The notes: generated by a model from the letters alone, not told the origin. A stretch of DNA of 64,000 nucleotides from Eledone cirrhosa (GCA_964016885.1 OZ024743.1:305412001-305476000), one strand, 5' to 3'; counted from the stretch's first letter, positions 1-60,061 are shown. Translations and numbers: made by a program.

Positions 1-820
1 TATTTTCCAGATTTATTAATATTAAAATTCAAATATTAATAAAATAGGTGTTCTTGTGATCAATTAAATTCTATTATACATATTTCAGAGGTACTTGAAT
101 CAGGTTCAACAGTACGTCCTCATCAGATAAAATAAAATGATACATGACATACCCTGAGATGTTAGATGGTTAAGATTTAATCAAGGTAGTGATTAACTTA
201 TGAGAAAACTCAACTTATACCCTAATAATGAGAACATACGAAAACGTAATAGAACCAATAGAGAAGGTATGAGTAAGAAAAACATTGCTTTAATGTAACA
301 GTTATAGAGTTTTAAAATCTGGGATACTACAATTAGGATTATAGAGGAAGACGTCTCTGGAGTTATAATTTTATTAAAGTTATTGGCTTGAGAAAGCAAC
401 TGATAGATAATTAAAGAGAGGGAGAGATAAAGGGAAGTAATTTATGCAAACATTTTCACATATAGACTTAACGGTTAAATTTCAAAATATTTAATATATG
501 TTATTTTAGGGTGAAGAATCAAAATTTTAGGTTTTAAAAGTTGATTGTTATTTATATTAATTTTATAAATTTTATAAATGTGTTACATTTCTAAAATTCT
601 AAGTTTTATGAAAACAAATTTAAAGGATTTACTAGGCCCGCGAAATAAAAATATATACTGTTAAATATTCACATAAAGGTAATCCTTAATAAAATTACTT
701 GTAACAGAGTCAACATTTTCGGTATGTATAATTTATGAAGTACTTACTGTTACAAATATTAAGGAATTTATTGTCAAGTAGATACATTGTCTAAAGTATA
801 ATAATTAACGCAGTTTTCAG

Positions 821-879
<59 letters not shown>

Positions 880-2830
880 TTTACCGTAATAAATTATTAT
901 TTATTATATTATATTAAATCACTATATTAGTTCTACCTTCAAGGGAAGAATGAACTCTGAATAATGATTATGTTATTATACAATATAAACGTATTTGCAA
1001 AAACTACATATAGAGAGATATACTAAGTATTAATGAGACAGTATACTTTTGGTAAATGATAACGATTATAATCTTAGATAATAGATTCAAACATGCATAA
1101 CTTAAATACATACATATATATATAAAAAAAATGTAAACGCATGAATGATCAACAGTTCAAAATACTGTCCGTAAAAAATTACAGGTTGGATATTTAAACT
1201 ATATTTAAAACAGAGATAGAAAAATAAAGATAGAGAAATAAAGGTATGGATCAAAGTTAATAATATCCAAAAAACCATATGTTATGTATATCAACGTGCC
1301 AGCATGTTATTAAACAAATGTCATTCATTCAAACGTTATTTCCTTTATAGATGGTTATAAGATAAAGCAATATTAAAGTTTTATAAGCCATTAAGGTTTT
1401 AAACTGTTGATGATGTACGTATAAAAACCAAGTTTGGTTGCTTACTGTTTTTTCCTGATCTTATGGGAGGCTTGGAATGTAGACAAGGCTTTATGAAGGC
1501 AGTTTGAGAATAATTCACTTTTTTGTTAATTATGTTCTCATAATTGTTAATAATCAAAAGGGTCTCCATTGTACAAAGCGCGCAGTTACTTGATATACTT
1601 GAGTTGCGGTAAACTTCACTATTACGAAGTTTCGTTCAAAAGATGGAGTATTTTAAATTATTATCTTTTAATGACCATATAAGCTGTGATAAAGAAGTGG
1701 ATGATTTCTTATTGGAATTCGAAAATTAACATTTATGATTCGCAAATCTAGCTTTAAATGTAGAAGAAGTCGATCCTATGTAGTTGTATGTGTTGTAATC
1801 AGTTTTTACGGTGCATTTATACACCAAATTACTATCCAAACAATTATTTTGCAGAGGGAAATCAAGTTTATTTCTACAATTACATTTTGATTTATTATTA
1901 TTTATGTTAATACTATTATTAAGATCATTATGCTGATTCTGCTTTAGAATTTTACTGTTTATTTTACCAATGTTTTGGGCCATATTCATAGTTGTTGAAT
2001 AAGATAATTTAATAGTGTGTCTATTAAAAATGGAATGATATTTATGTTGACTAGGGAAAGAGCTGTCCAAAGCTTTAAAGAATAGGTTTGCAATTGGTGT
2101 TCTAACTGCTACGGAAGCAGGGGGAGGGGGGCATATGACTGATTGAGTTCTAGTTCTTTTCCTCGATTTGTTCCCCGTATGGGTGTTTGAATTATAATCA
2201 TTAGAGTTTCGCTTATATATGCCGTTATTTTTATCAGGATTAAAACTTGGATTATTATTATCTACATATTCTATATTATTCTCATATCCTGCTCTTTTTA
2301 ATGCATCATTGTAGTATGCTGCATTATCATCAAATATTGCTTTATTGGCTGATATTCTATTAATGCGTTTTTGCACACTATTTACTATAGCCATTTTTAC
2401 AGATTTAGGGTGATTGGAGTAGTAACTAACATAGTTTAAGTTTTCATTGGGCTTATGAAAAGGATTATAAAAGCCAGAGTTTAAGTTAAACGTAACATCT
2501 AGGAAATTAACTATTTTGGTACCATTTTCTACTTCTAACTTAAGGTCATACATTTTAGAGAATTCTATTATACTTTTCTTTACTCTATTTAGTTCAATAT
2601 TGTTGTGTTTGACCACCGTAAAAAAATGTCGTCCCTATATAAACCACCAGTAATCTCCGGCAGTTTTCTATTTATCATATTTAATATGAAAATTCCCAGA
2701 AGATCCGTGATTTGCGCAGAATCGGATGCCCCCATAGTAATATCAAAGTTTCTATTTCTATCTGAGCGGGTCCAATACTCATTGCTGAAGTTAATAAGAG
2801 TTCTTCTAGCTGTAAGTATGATATCAATTT
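1..2830 (-). mobile_element. Penelope-like retroelement (RT C-terminal half + GIY-YIG endonuclease), 5'-truncated and frameshifted
   Basis: 2616-2790 on - gives FDITMGASDSAQ...GGLYRDD (RT). ORF 1726..2616 has NFLDVTF, HKPN..SNHP, CNC..PL...C...LVYKCTV...YIGSTSSTFKARFANHK (GIY-YIG). The 5' end abuts (TA)n. The extent of the AT-rich 3' part is approximate. Confidence 0.85.
69..132 (-). ncRNA. Type I hammerhead ribozyme (Penelope pLTR type)
   Basis: The reverse strand reads TTTTAT-CTGATGA-[GGAcGTACtgTTGAAcctgaTTCAAGTACcTCT]-GAAA-TATGTA-TA|ATAGAA. It has the conserved core, stem II, a short near-palindromic stem III and stem I (ttttat/atagaa). It lies downstream of the GIY-YIG ORF on the same strand. 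Confidence 0.7.
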
Positions 2831-2848
2831 CATATATATATTTATATA

Positions 2849-2925
<77 letters not shown>

Positions 2926-3284
2926 TAGACATGAAAAATGCGCAAGCTCAAAAGAGCCACAGAATGTTATAATAAACCTTCAAAAGTGTGGGACTAGCAG
3001 TCTATATAAATTTTCTTTATTCCCTGAGCAAATTAATGAGATTTGTTGTTATTGCACATAATTTGATGACTTTTTGGAGTGTATTAAAAGATAACAACAA
3101 TTGATGATCAAATTGTTATCTTAAGCAACTCTCTTTTTAATAGTTGTTGGCTGAGCAATATTGGAAAAGCCTATGAGCAAATATTAAAAAAAATACACAA
3201 ACTACATTTCCTTGTATTGGTGCAGCATTAAATAAAATAATTGAGCAATGTCGTCAGATTTTACTCTTATTGCACATTAATAGT

Positions 3285-3452
3285 ATTTCTATTTTTCGGC
3301 ACAAATCCATTACCGCAGTCCATTACTGGTACATTATTTTATCGAACTGGTAAGGATGAAAGGCAAAGTTAACCTCGGCGGGATTTGAACTTAGAACGCA
3401 AAGGGCCATAACAATGCTACAAAGCATGGTGTCTGACGCTTACCAATACTTG
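3285..3452 (-). mobile_element. tRNA-derived SINE (family A)
   Basis: Shares GTTCAAATCCCGCCGAGGTTAACTTTGCCTTTCATCCTT...TCGATAAAATAA.GTACC with at least six other copies in the window; B-box-like GTTCAAATC. Confidence 0.75.
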
Positions 3453-3883
3453 TGTTGAGCTGGTCACCAATTTGTGGTGGTCGTGCGTGGAGTAGAACAA
3501 CAAGCGCTAATCGAAATAGTATGAACAAAACATTTTTATTTGTCGAAGAACATATTTTCAATACTGTTTGTGAATGGGCATCTACTTATAGTGACAGTGT
3601 ATTACTGGTACTTTATTTTATCGACCCCGTAAGGATGAAAGGCAAAGTTAATACTGACAATAATGCAATAGTGAAGATTTGCGCCTTTTCAATAATTTAT
3701 CGTCTGCTCACGTTGCATTAAAGGGAAATAACTCGTCTCTCAACTGCATTTATACATTTTAACTGAAACATCAATATTACACATTCAATTTGAACATTTT
3801 TTTGACCGATCTCTCCGCTGGAGCTTAATCTATAAGTTTAGATGTGTGGCGACCGTTTTAGTAGAGATAGACAGACAACCTCA

Positions 3884-3952
<69 letters not shown>

Positions 3953-4539
3953 CAAGGATTTTTAAACGCGTGTGACACAAATTTTTACAATGTATTTAGA
4001 AAAATTATTTTTACAAATATTTACAAACAAAGTGCAGTTTGTATTACAATCGGAACTCTGCCTATACTCGATTGCAATATATAAAGAGGAACAAGATACA
4101 AAGATATATTTCTTTATTTGGCACAAGGGCGCACAAAAATGGGACATTACAGAACATGAATATACGCTATTTTGAAGTGTTTAAATATTTTTTACAAACA
4201 AACATTTAGAATCGTTTTGTACAAACGATAAAGTAAAAAATATTTGTACAAACTTTTACGATAGACTTTCATGTTATCTATTGACCGCCTAACTCTAACA
4301 TCAATATATTACATTTGTCTTAAAAATAGTTAATTTGAATTAAAAAAATCATATAACGACGAAATAACAAAAATAAATGAACTAGGAAAACAAACAAAAA
4401 AACATGGCGGATGCTTTTGAGCAACACATACTCTGATTGGTTGAAAATTAGCCAATAGAAAAAAATTGACGATCTACACATATATGTTAGAACACTAAAG
4501 TGACTAAAACATTCTGTTGTTAATCACTTCGTGTCTAAC

Positions 4540-4626
<87 letters not shown>

Positions 4627-4737
4627 TGTACTGTTGACCATGTTATTCTCCACTTTTTCAATTTTACATACATATATATATGCTAGAGTGGAAGATAGAC
4701 GTTAAACGATGCTGAAGATGATGATGATATGTATGTA

Positions 4738-7700
4738 TATCATCATCATCATCATCATTTTACATCCACTTTTCCCTGCTTGCAAGGGAGGGGCAGGTCC
4801 TATTCAGCATACCATCCTTATTCATCTCCTGCGTGAGCTCCAGCGATCCGAGGTCCGCTTTCATCACCTCCATCCATGTTTTTCGTGATCTTCCTCTACT
4901 GAGTCTTCCATCTACTGGGATTTCTTGGCATTTCTTTACCCAGCAGCCATCCTCAATGCACATCAAATGCCCATACCACTGCAGTCTTCTCTCCTGCACA
5001 ATACAACTTATCCCTCTTATACACAGTTTATCTCTCAACTCATCTATGCTCGGTTGTTCACACCAGCCATCGCATATCCTCCACAGTTGCTGCCCATGTC
5101 TCACTACCATTCAGCATCACGCATCTCACGCAGGCATCATATAACCTGCCTTTAGTACCCAGGGAAACCCTTCTTTGTAAACAGATGATGCAGCTCCCTA
5201 AACTTCTTCCAACCCATTCTTATTCTAGATACTTTGGCCGCGGAACACCCCCCTCCCATGCTAATCTGATCATCTAATTACCGGAAGCTATCAACCACTT
5301 CTATAGAACCTACCTGCATTTGAAAAATATATCACTGCGACTCCAACTGTCAAATTACCCTGTTAGTTTGCCTGCTATCCCACTACATCTCTTTGTACCC
5401 AAGATCTGCATGGTGTACATTTTATAGAGTTTATGCGAGCTCTTTTTCTACATATCTAACATGGCCATTTCCCTGATGGAATCAGAGTTTTGTCCTCTTT
5501 TCTACTTATCAACACTTTTGTCTTCGCTAGGTTCACTCTCAGCCCTCTTGATTCCAACTGCTGCTTCCATAGCCAGAATTTATTCTCTAGCTCCTCTACT
5601 GATTCTGATATAAGAACCAGATTGTTAGCATAGAGAAGTTTCCATGGGCAGCCAGTCTTAAATTCCTCTGTTATTGTTTGGAGGACTATAATGAACAAAA
5701 GCAGGCTGAGGACCGAACACAGATGTACTCCTACTTCTATCTGTAATTCCTCACTAAACTCCATTCCTACCCTCACTTTACTGACAGCACCTCTGTACAT
5801 AGCTTGCACTGTCCTCCCAAGCCATTCCTCTACACCTAGTTTCATTAGGGACCAGCAGATGACAGATCGGGTACTCTATCAAAGGCATTCTCTAGGTCAA
5901 CAAAAGCTAAGTATAACAGCTTATTCTTCTCTAAGAACCTCTCTTGTAGTTGTCTCACTAAGAAGATGGCATCTGTTGTACTTTTCCCAGGCATCTCATC
6001 TAGTTTGACCCTTTCTATAATTAGTTGCGCTAATATTCTTTCTGCCACTTTCATAACGTGATCCATCAGTTTTATGCCTCTATAATTGCTCCTCTCCAGA
6101 GCATCCCCTTTACCTTTGTAGCAATTTATGAAAATACTGCTGCACCAGTGTTTGGGTATGCCTCCGCCATATATAGCTTGATTGATGATGCATGCAACCA
6201 GTTTAGCACCTACTTCTCCTGAGTCCTTCAGCTTCTCAGCAACTATCCCCACTTTTCATTTCGTTAATTGCCTCTTGGAGCCTATATTCGTCAATCTCAA
6301 TAGCTGATCCCTCTGTCGGGTCTACTTGGGGTAGTTTCTCTCTCTCCCATTCGTTCTCCACATTCATCAGTCTCTCATAATGACATTTCCAGGCCTCCTT
6401 TTTCTGATCATTCATGACACTAAGTACACCAGCATCATTCTGGACACACTTATCTCCAACAACATCCTGATTTATACTGACACACTGCCTTGCAATGCGG
6501 GACACCACACATCTCTGATCTTCCCATCACACGACATTGGCAAACCTCCTACTCTCAGCCTCCCTGCATGTTAAGTACACCTAACGTCTAGCTTCTGTCT
6601 TAGCGGCTGTGTATCGGTCTCTACACCCACCATTTTTCCAAGCAGTCTTTTGTCTCTTATGGCCCTATCTACCGTGCTGTTCCACCACCAGGTCACTCTT
6701 AGTCTGGTCAGAGCTCTGCTCCAGCCACAAGTTTCTTCAGTATCCTGCAGTAAGTTGTCACGTAAGAAATTCCAGTTATCATCTATGTCATACGATTCTA
6801 AATCGTCTTCTTTCTCGTCATACACATCTTGAAGGACCTAAATTTATATTTTAGTGAAAGGTCTTTTAGTTTCCAGACCTTCCTTTTCCACACCTTACTG
6901 TATGTCTCATTTTTTCTCTTGCTTATTGAGATGTCACTAGCGTCTAACCTATGCTCTGGTGTACATGGTATGCCTTATTATTTGACACCACTGTCTGTCT
7001 CGCTGCCTAACTAGCAAGAAGTCAATCTGGCTGATGTGCTCGCCTGATTGATAGGTTATTAGGTGGTTGGTAGTTTTCTTGATGTTAGTGTTGCAAATGG
7101 TTAGTGCACTTACATTACAAAATTCAATAAGCCTCACTCCTTCTTCGTTTCTTGAGCCATAACTGTGTCCACCATGTACCCCAGTGTATCCATCCTGGAG
7201 CTGTCCAACATGACTATTGAAGTCCTCTGCTAGCATAACAATTTCTCTGTCCTCTGTGATGGTGGCTGTTTCTAAAAGTTGCTCGTAAAAGCAGTCTTTC
7301 TCTTCTTTATCTATGCCTGTATGGGGAGCATAGGTAGAGATGATTGTCAGCAGTCTCTTGCCTAAAACTCATCTAATCTTGATTATTCTATTACTGACTC
7401 TAACTACCTCTATTGTCTTATTGATCCATCTCTCGTCAAGTAAAATGCCTATCCCACCTAACCCATCATCATTCCCTACCCAGAGAAGCTTATAGCTGAG
7501 ATGTTTGCCTGTGATTAGTCTTGCTGAGGCACCTCTCGATCTCACCTCTAGCATGCAGCTCACATCCACATGTCTTCTCTCTAGCATCTCCATATCTTAC
7601 TAGATCTACCTGTTAGAGTGCCAACATTAAGTGTGGCAACTCTGAGATTTGACGCCTTCATATTCTTGTTCTTGTTGTGCAATTGCTTGATGACAGTCCG

Positions 7701-8030
7701 GGGGTTCTCCCACATGGCTGCACCAGCCACCCCACTACCGTGTGCAGCCCTAACATGGTTAGTGTTATTGCAGTTTACGCAGTTGTTGCAATTCATATTT
7801 GTTGTGCTCATAGTTCTTGGCATTAATATATACTGGTTGGATGCCCTTCCTAACACCAGCACCACTTTACAGCATGGACTAGGTGCTTTTAATTGTGCCA
7901 TCGGCACTAGGAAAGTTGTTTTACTGGATTTGGGAACTTCTCTACCCCGTAACAATTTATTCAGAGTGGCGGCTCTCCTAGATGGGTGGCCTACACTACG
8001 GCTTATGGAGCCTCCGTCCACCCCTTGTCT
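4738..8030 (-). mobile_element. RTE-clade LINE, decayed near-full-length (APE + RT), (GAT)n tail
   Basis: Fragmented ORFs: VATLNVGTLTGR (APE), DFNSHVG, SQIDFLLVR, YKGKGDALERSNYRGIKL, LYLAFVDLENAFDRVP, LLYANNL (degenerate YADD), RRLQWYGH. (CAT)n at 4738-4758 is the tail. Confidence 0.92.
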
Positions 8031-8489
8031 GCTCTATACTATATGCATGAGTGTTTGGCATGCAGCGTCAGGTATATATACTGAATGTAGTGGAGTTGGA
8101 GTGGGTAGGTGGGAAAGGAAATGGCATTCTCATAACACAGCTTCTTCTCGTAATGTATAAAATCATAGTGTTGTGTAAACACACCGCTATGCTAACGACT
8201 TTTCTTTCTCACACGAGTACACACATGAGTACACAAGTATACATCGCTAATCCATACAGGAAATTACTTATACATACATACTTATAGAGACACACATTCA
8301 TTCAACACAGCTTTTTTATCATATACAAATCTCATACATATATATATACATATACAAGCCAAAATGATGGGGAGACTGAAGTCAATACTTATCTTCTTCT
8401 CATAACACAGCTTCTAACAATATAATATATATATCAACATAATAATCATTTTATGTTCACTTTTCCCTGCTTGCAACACACACACACAT

Positions 8490-8522
<33 letters not shown>

Positions 8523-8935
8523 GTTTAACGTCCGTGTTCCACGCTTGCATGGGTTTGGACGGAGGGTTTTCCCACTTGAGGCAAGAGTGGTTATCTTGCT
8601 CGCATAGGACTATCTGGCAGGTTTTCTACAGCTGGATGCCCTTCCTAACACCAACCACATTTACAGTGTGGGGCTGGGAGGTTTTTACCGTGTTACCTAC
8701 ACGGCCACATTACAGCGTGGACTGTGTGTTTTTTTGTCGTGACACCTACACGATCTCATTTGTTTCGGGCTGGATGTTGTGGTACCAACATAACTTTACA
8801 TTGAAAGGGGCGGTGTGGATGGGGTGGGGGTGGCGTGACGGGGGTGTATTTTGTTAGAGATGCCTACTGACTGTAGTAGGTTTTACTTTGTATTTAGGTA
8901 AGGCGGGTCTTCTCTATTACTGAGTACCGCCAAAG
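8490..8935 (-). mobile_element. 3' end of the young RTE family (5'-truncated copy)
   Basis: Reverse complement matches 52100-52537 and 20690-21122, including the (GAT)n tail. Confidence 0.9.
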
Positions 8936-9109
8936 GTCTCGGTCCAGTGACATTGTCTTGGTGAGGTGTAAGTGTGTGAGGTATATAAATATATATTAGA
9001 TTGCGCACTAAATAGATAAAATATACTATAAATTCATATCTGGACACAAAGACACAAGATTTAACCAAAGCTACAAAATATATTGAGTCGTGTGTTGAGC
9101 GAAACACAT

Positions 9110-9270
9110 AATTTTCCATTTCTCCAGTATACCATGAAAATGAGTACTAGCAATAGCTGGGGATTTAACCCTGTGATGGACTGGTGCCCTGCTCAGGAGG
9201 TAATCTTGTACTCTCAGTCACTTAATGCTACAGAAACTGGGACGAGCATCGGCCTGATAAGCCTCTAGGC
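9110..9270 (+). mobile_element. SINE fragment (family B)
   Basis: Motifs aaccctgtgatggactgg...atgctacagaaactgg; related degenerate copies near 10100-10320 and 46840-46950. Confidence 0.5.
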
Positions 9271-9662
9271 TTTTCAGTTAGACATTTCAGAATTTCACTA
9301 CCTCTCCTAAGTATCTATTCTCACCATCACTAAACTTCCACCCCAGGACAACTTCAACCTACTCAATCCTTAAATCCTAACACCCACATTCTATCCAGAT
9401 TCATCACTCTACCCAGCATCACCCCACCTCTAAAATTATAACAAACCACTCATAACTTCATCTCTTCACAGTAGCTGTTATTATCACAGTAAACTCCTTA
9501 TATTACTGGAGTTTAAAACCCTATGTCAATTAACACCATTTCACCACACTTTATATTTCAGAAGTTTATTCTATCTGGCTATGGATGTAGTGACCCTCAC
9601 CTTCACAGCAGCATCTAGGATGTAAAATGCAATGTGTAACTAACAGTGATATTCCTCATGAG

Positions 9663-9847
9663 CAGAGGCATAACTAGAGAAAATAGTGCCAATGGCAAGC
9701 AGTGAAATTGCGCCTCTGCCCAAACATTTTTCACTATTCAACAATAGCCTATCTAACTTTTATAGAAAGTGCTGCTAGTCCAAGTGATGCCCTTCAAGTG
9801 GTACCCATGGCATGTCCCATGCTTGATATACTCTAGTTATACCTTTG
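9663..9847. mobile_element. MITE, hAT-like
   Basis: TIRs cagaggcataactagag / ctctagttatacctttg. Flanks ctcatgag / ctgaagag resemble a decayed 8-bp TSD. A related left end lies at about 44744. Confidence 0.55.
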
Positions 9848-10548
9848 CTGAAGAGGTATTTAATTGTAGTTGAAGGGGAATGGACATGACCATCAGGCAT
9901 CCTCTCATTGACCATGGTCAATCCTGCTGGCTCTAGAATTAGGCAATATGGACTCTGGATAGTTCCCATTTCGTTATCAGGCACAACTCAGTGTAGTATG
10001 TAAATCAGCCTGCATTTAGTTGATATGGTAATATATGAAGATCCATGGAATCAAAAGACTTGTCACTTTAACATTTTAATCCCCTACAAAATAACCTAAT
10101 GGTTAGGTTGCTTGACATAGGATCATAATGTCATTGGTTCAATTCCTAGGTGCTGCATTGTGTTCTTCAGTAAAACACTATTTCACATTTCTACAGTACA
10201 CTGAGGTGAGTGTAAGTACCATCACTTGCTGGGGAATTAGATATGTGATAGACCAGTGTCCTGTCCAGTCTTGCACCCTCAGTTGCTAGGAAACCAGAGA
10301 CAAGCACGGGCATGATCAGCCTTTGGCTGAGAACAGATGACAAGAAAAATTCGAGTGATAGTGATGTGAAGATCATCCAAACTAGGCCACTGATGTTGTC
10401 AAAAGGAAAAGTCATAAACCAGCCTTCACAGAATTTGACTCTCAGAAATTAAATGATACTTTAAGTATTGATCAGATTGATCAAAAATGGAACTAAAAAA
10501 TTGCATGTTTTTAAAATGTTCAATAATTTTTTCTGTTTGTTTATACAG

Positions 10549-56214
<45,666 letters not shown>

Positions 56215-56318
56215 GTAAGTACTTTCAGTTCATAGATAACATCTTTATCTTCTATGTGTATGTATTCAATATAGGTAATCTTACTTTCTGGTCAAGCTGT
56301 TTTGACTTTTATCAACAA

Positions 56319-57167
56319 CTAGCAGAAGTGCCCGGCGTTACTCGGGGCAGAATTGCTTGAAAATACTGCTAATGATTGCACTGAATTATGATTATTCAGG
56401 CAAAGATTGATATAAGTTTACGCCGAATGAATCTATTTGTAAGTGTATAGAAAGCCCTGTAAAGGAGTTCCTACCCCCTCATAGAATGGTGTAAGAATTG
56501 AATGTGAGGTTGCCTTGAAAAGGGCCATGTTATTGTTCTCATAATTGTAAGAATTTGATAGTCGTGGAAGGGGGTGTAAAACGTTCGCAGGTGAATAGGG
56601 CCTCTTCGTTTTCCATGAACGGCACGGATGTGCTGTTACAAAACTTCATGGTGTGTTAAAAGAGAATCGATGCCCTATGTAGGCAAGAGGGGAATTAAGT
56701 AAAAGTTAGTGTGGTTATAAATCACGTAGGTTGTTTAATTGCTTTAAATGTGTTTTTATCATTTGAAGTGAGTGTGTGTTTGTATGCGTTTGGAAATAAA
56801 TCAGTAAGTTTGAAGAATAAAATAGAAAGAAGCAAAATGTGTGGGTTGTAGATAGAGATAAGCAGATGATATGAGAGAGTAAAACGGACAGTATCACCAT
56901 CAAGCTTGGAAAGAGAAAGTAGCAGAAAGTATGAAGTTGTAGAGATTTTGAATGGTAAGACGGAAGCACTTGAAATGAGAGAGGTAAATCGTAAAATATT
57001 GAGTTTTATCGATTTTTTGCGTAATTGTGGGTGAAATTGAAAAGATTATATGTGCCAATACCCAATCGAAGCTATTTCGAATACTGAATTATAAATTTCA
57101 ATTGAAGAAATTCTATATCGTAGATTTCTATAACAAAGGAGCATGACCATACACTGAGCTTTATAGA
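56319..57167 (-). mobile_element. Non-autonomous Helitron
   Basis: a|CTAG at 56319 followed by the cccggcgttactcggg hairpin (3' end on -); tataga|t at about 57167 is the 5' TC on -. Confidence 0.65.
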
Positions 57168-57289
57168 TTATGATTATTTAACTCAAGAGTGGTAATGCCT
57201 AGAGATCCAACAACACCTACCAGAATTCTGGAATTACTGCAGTCTAAGGTACTAAATATGGCTCACAGTTCTACTCTTGCAACCTACCG

Positions 57290-58190
57290 AAGATCTAGCA
57301 GAAGACTACTGACATAGACCTTCCCAAAACCAAACAAACCTATTGATTTAAAGAGCTACAGATTAATCTCCCTCCTATGTGTCCCCTTCAATTTCCTGGA
57401 CTATTTCATTCTAGCCAGACTGGAACCAATAGTCAATCCACAACAGCTGGAGGAGCAAGTAGGTTTTTTGCCATGGCCATAAAACAGTACATTAAATCGT
57501 CAAGTTGACCAATGTTATTAAAGACGGCTTCATAAAGAGGCACAAGGCTGTCACTATCTTGGGTGACCTCACCAAATTCTATGGTACTGTGTGGTACCAG
57601 AGTCTGACCTGAAGTTACTAAGAACAATTCCTGACAGCTACATGGTGTGGTTTATCTGCAACACACTAGCCAGCCAAAGATGAGAGAAAATGATGGAGAA
57701 ACTGAGAAAATGATGGAGAAACCAACAGACTGATCCACCTTCATAATTGTTTCTACTTTAGGCACAAGGCCAGCAATTACTCAGTACATTTCTGGTACTT
57801 TATTTTATCGACCCCGTAAGGATGAAAGGCAAAGTTAACCTCAGCGGGATTTGAACCACCTTCATAATGGAGTCCATCAAGGCTCAGTGCTGTCCCCCAT
57901 GTTCTTCAACATGTAATACAGTGACATACCCCAAACAACATCATGAGAGTATGGCTCACCCTTCTCCATTCTCATAGAGTCTGGACTAATGTAGAGAGTG
58001 TACAAACAGCAGACATGACCTAACTGGCAACAGATTTCAAGACATGGAGATTGAAGATGAACATGAAATGGAAAACTGAAATGTCATTCCACCTGAATAA
58101 CAAGGATGTCCGTCACCAGCTCACTATTAACTTTGATGATACACACCACCTATATAATGTCATATGGACCTATCTTGGAGTGAAATTGAA
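57290..58190 (+). mobile_element. Decayed non-LTR RT fragment interrupted by a SINE
   Basis: GVHQGSVLSPMFFN and WRLKMN..KTE..FHLNNK. Confidence 0.6.
57748..57855 (-). mobile_element. SINE family A, 5'-truncated, with a 13-bp TSD
   Basis: TSD ccaccttcataat at 57735-57747 and 57856-57868. Confidence 0.88.
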
Positions 58191-58561
58191 ATGCTGGTCG
58201 GTGGGTGTGTTAGTTATTAGAGATGTTCATGTGTGCATGTACATACATATGAATGTGTGTGCGTGTGCATGTGTTTGTATGTGTGTGTGTGTATGTGTGT
58301 GTGTTTGTGTAGGTTTATTCAATTGACTGTGCAAAGGGGTGAAAGATCGTAACTGAGCTAGCTGCTATGGGTGTGGAGGTATGAGTGAGAATTTTTGCAT
58401 GAACAGACCAACATAGGGAAGCATACAAACATGTATATGAAATTCTGTCTACACATACACACATACACACATGCATAATCAGTCACAAGGATCTATGTAA
58501 AAAGGGAGGTGCTGGTGAATATGATCGCAGCTTTATATATTTCAGTATATACATACATATA

Positions 58562-59572
58562 CCAAATAGAAAAATGCGTACAGCAAAAAAAAGTAATATT
58601 GTTGGAATATAAACCTTTAAAAATACAGGACAAGAAACTAAAATAAAACTTTAAAAGAATAGGAGAAGAAACTAAGATAAAACTTTAAAGAATTCGACAA
58701 GAAATAAAAAATTTTACAATAATATTAGTGGCAACATTTTTATTGGTAAAAAATCGAGTTCCACATTCATAGGCTCTGGGTTCCACATTCAGAGGTCGTC
58801 GTCAGACCGGGGGATCATTTGATCCTGGTTTGAACACCAATTGGGCCATAACATTACCCCTATTTCATCATTCGGCGACACGCCTCATGTGTCATGCATA
58901 ATGTGAATGGACCCATGGGCCCATGAGCACAGATCTTGAGCAGCTGCGGACGGTCTTGTCGTCCCGCTCATCCTTGATCTTGACCAACCCGTCCATCTTC
59001 TCCTTGAGTTCAAGTCCGGCAGTCCAGATGAATGCGTGCCACAGCTTTCTGGTACAGGAAGGGGGAGCAGGAGAACTGGAGGGATGACGGGACAGAGGGA
59101 GGGAGGACCGGTGGTTGAGGGAGGTGCCGTAGTCGGTGGTCAGAGTCGACATCTTGTCCCGGTCGTCTTCTCCATCTTCGTCTGGTGTTGCGGGACCAGA
59201 AGTGCATTCTTGGAGGAGACCTGCAGCTGCATCGGTCAATTCTTCTTGCACTGGTCAGTCTGACGGAGCAGAACTGCTCAGCCAACCAACCCCAACCAGA
59301 ACCAACCGCTCAGAGGCAACGCACAATGAGAGCATGACAATTATTATGCACTAATCAAGAAGATGCTGGGGCATAGCACAGGAAACGAATAAAACATTTT
59401 TGCTACTAATATTATTGTAACATTTTTTATTTCTTGTCCAATTCTTTAAAGTTTTATCTTAGTTTCTTGTCCTATTCTTTTAAAGTTTTATTTTAGTTTC
59501 TTGTCCTGTATTTTTAAAGGTTTATATTCCAACAATATTACTTTTTTTTGCTGTACGCATTTTTCTATCTGG
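58562..59572. mobile_element. Fold-back element: ~173-bp AT-rich inverted arms around a GC-rich core
   Basis: 58562-58734 is nearly the exact reverse complement of 59400-59572. Confidence 0.85.
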
Positions 59573-60061
59573 TCTACTATTTTTTAAGGCAATGCAAGCA
59601 ACAACTATCTAATAATTAAAAGATCATAGTGAATTACTGACAAGTGATTGACATTTTAAAGTTCTTTTGAGTATAATTGCAATCTAGTTGAGGCAACTGG
59701 CTTAATGACAAAGCTAGTAAATCATGAATGCATTTGAGATGATTAGTGCATAATAGTGAATTGTTGAAACTTGTGCATTTCAATGGTGTTACGGATAAAA
59801 ACTGATTCTGCTGTCTACGACCTTTATATAGGATTGTCATGTTTCTCTGTATCTGCAATGTGGGTATACAAAATAAGAATTATGATATTAACTTTTATTT
59901 AAAATCCCAAAAAATGCTGTGCATGAAAACTTCAAAAAGTAATTCTATTTCTATTGATGACCTCTTAGTTGCTCATACTAATTTTGTAAAAGATTTCAAG
60001 CCAATAATCAGAATGATCTGGTATAATTTTTATGCAGATAAATGACTAATTAGTATAAAGG

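Noticed and set aside
9561-9625. Candidate upstream exon of the protease gene after ttttcag-like acceptor
   Set aside because: The two frames I read (including the phase-1 frame) hit stops before a donor, and I saw no domain signature.
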